Assembly: GCF_002571385.2 (NCBI RefSeq)
Contig: NW_019218085.1
Coordinates: 1 to 64,000 of the forward strand
DNA from: Stylophora pistillata
Taxonomy: Eukaryota
Direction of reading: 5' to 3'
Length of the DNA stretch: 64,000 nucleotides
Below the pieces are notes generated by a model. It was given only the letters and a program-made list of their open reading frames with translations. It was not told the DNA's origin and made no database searches. The translations under genes and the position numbers were made by a program. Positions within the stretch are counted from its first letter, which is position 1, and every line of letters begins with the position of its first letter. Of this stretch, positions 61,501-64,000 are shown piece after piece.

Positions 61501-64000
61501 ATGGGCGGTTGTTTTGGAAGCACAATCTCTCTTGTCGCAAGGAAACACTCGAACTCTGCTGAGGTTGTCAAATTTCGATTTGTTATGTCAGCAAGGCGAA
61601 GCACCTATGCTGGAGGAGAAAGCCAGCCGAACGATCGTTTCAGATCGGTAACGGATGCCTCTCACATCAAAGCGCCAAAGAGACAATGTAGTTGCCTAGA
61701 GCTTGTTCGAGAAACCATTCCTGCTCTGGCGAATTCTTCTCACAAAGGGCAGCTGGGTAGAATAGGGATCATAGGCGGATGTCAGGAGTAAGTAGTTCGA
61801 TGAAGATAATCATAAGATAACTGATTATGCGTCATCCTTCGTGAACCTACCCCAGATTAAAATCCTGTCCTATGTTGTTGAAGGATCTAATCTTCCCTCA
61901 CGAGCCGGCTTTGCTGCCCGAGGGGGCAACTGAAGGAAATTTTCAACCCAGGGTGTGCTCCTGGGGCCTTCAAACACCGGCTCTGTTGAAGAAAAATACG
62001 GTTCATTTTCATATCAGATTTAAGTCCTTTGGTGACCCCGGTCAATTTTGTGTTTCACATATATGCCCACCCTGTTTTCTTGTGAAGAGAGGGTAACAAA
62101 GTGGGGGGAGGGGGGTGGGGGGTCATGATCTCGTTTCACGCGAGAATTTAGAAAAAGTCACGTGTCATGTGTACTTTAAACAGTATTTAAAGCATGATCA
62201 GGAATTTTAAAGGGAAGACTTCAAATCCCACCATATCATGCCTTTTTGTAAAGTTTACAAATAAATTATGGGCTTAATCGTGCATCATATATAAACCATT
62301 CCCCACCCTCCTCAAACACCATAACCCACAAGGCAGCACATACCCAACTGGACTAATATCTGAGGGCTTCCTAGTTTACTAATTGTATTAGTTCTTTGAA
62401 AAATAGCATCTCATTCCTATAAGTTCTCACTCCAGATAAAGGTGGCATCTCTGATCCATGGAATTCTTTTGTAGTTACTTATTCACCTTTTAAACCCTAA
62501 GAGTGATCAGCATCTGACTTCTCCTTACATAAGTCATGCTGAGTTATTCATTAAGATCGCGAGAATACAGGAAATAATTGCTAGCCTAAGAAGCTTTAAT
62601 TAATAAATATTCTTCTTGTCAATACCATTAATATTTAAAAGTTACATTTTGTCTTATGATCATTTTGCAGGTATACAGGTGCACCTTATTTTGCAGCGAT
62701 ATCAGCTTTGAAAGCTGTGAGTCTCAATTTTGAAGTTCTTAACTTTTCATCAATACAAATTTAAAAGACCATGAAAGGCTTGTTCAAGATAAATTCTGCA
62801 AACTCCTTGTCAACAGTCTTATAATTTGGAGAAATCCAAGACGTTGAAAAGCCAGAAGGACATCTGAAATAGACAAATGACACAAACAAATGGATAAAAA
62901 TAAAACAAATTATGATAAACTTGAAAAGTCATGCCACTGCTTCGCAAGCTTACCGAAATCCAATCCAGTTAATTCTTGCCCTGTTTTGCCCATTTGTGAC
63001 CTAATTTAGTTTGTTGGTGTTTCCTATATGTGTTAGTCTTCAGCATTAAACCACCATGATGAATACTATGATATTAAAGTTAATTACTACTTGGTTGGTT
63101 GCATTGCTCCTTGCTGAATTTGCTGCAAAGTTCATTGCTGAATTTGCTGCAAAGTTCATCGCTGATAATGCACAACTTCGCTCCTGTGAACATTATCAGG
63201 GGGTTTCCAAGGTGGGAGTTAAAGTTCATTGACCATGACTGTACTAGTTGACTAATATAAACCACTGAAATCATGAAAGAAATATGAGTGTACATCATCT
63301 GTCATTACCACACAAATCCGGTATTTTTCTATGATACTAAAAAAAATAACAAGCTTCCATTGATCATTTTGTAGGGTGCAGATTTGTCCCATGTGTTCTG
63401 CACAAGTGATGCAGCTGTGGTTATTAAATCATACAGCCCTGAACTTATTGTTCATCCTGTTCTGTGAGTATTGTCAATACTAATTTGACAAAGTAACCTC
63501 CACTCATGGCTCCCCCCTCCTGAACAGAACAATATATTGAATGATGTACTGCTTTTTAAGTGTTCAAAAGCTTCTTACCTTTTCCAACAAGCTAAAGTAC
63601 TTCTACAGATGCAATTGAAAATTTGTCTCCCAGATCTTATAATTATTTTAACTCTTTAACTTCTATAAGTGACCAAGACAGACTTTCTCCTTACAATATC
63701 AAGCAGACAAGTGATCAAGTGATAAGAATGAAGGTACTCATTAGGAATTGTTAGTTGATCCAATTACCAAATTCTCCAAACTAACACCATAGAAATTGTA
63801 TGGCAGAGCGTAGGGAGATTTACCAATGGGATCATGGGAGTGAAAGGGTGAACTGACTGTAGAATTTCTGTGTGTCAAATGACTACTTTTAGGGACAGAA
63901 AAACAGCTGTAAAAGAGGTCAAAGACTGGCTTCCAAGACTTCACTGCATTGTAGTTGGCCCAGGAATGGGTAGAAATCCAACCATCATTGAAAATGTCAA
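61501..64000 (+). CDS. NAXD: ATP-dependent (S)-NAD(P)H-hydrate dehydratase, 5' part (runs off the window)
   Basis: Exons ending at 61787, then 62671-62716, 63375-63463 and 63893-end give [39 protein letters not shown]...[12 protein letters not shown]...[16 protein letters not shown]. Start could be 61501 or 61585. Confidence 0.93.

Overview
AT-rich, intron-containing animal DNA; the repeat types and gene content fit an anthozoan such as a stony coral (inference). I spliced the exons by hand and found an immune-signalling cluster. Gene A is a TNF-receptor-family death receptor whose reading frame breaks just before its transmembrane (TM) helix. It is followed by three head-to-head gene pairs (B/C, D/E, F/G). 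In each pair, a minus-strand receptor with a TNFR cysteine-rich ectodomain and an UNC5-type ZU5-UPA(-death domain) tail shares a short promoter, carrying kappaB-type sites, with a plus-strand gene. That partner encodes a cytosolic protein with an acidic N-terminus, a Cys-ribbon motif, TRAF-binding motifs and a stand-alone UPA-like domain. This repeated receptor/partner arrangement is the candidate undescribed system. Pairs D/E and F/G arose by a ~18-19 kb tandem duplication that also copied FDXACB1 (one pseudogene, one intact copy). The intact FDXACB1 is head-to-head with NAXD. The window also holds two defective ISL2EU-type transposons (THAP-DDE plus SWIM/YqaJ), several MITEs, and three tRNA-derived insertions that each have an inverted internal layout and a 12-bp target-site duplication (TSD), one of them a 247-bp tandem array. 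All domain calls come from motif recognition by eye; no database searches were run.
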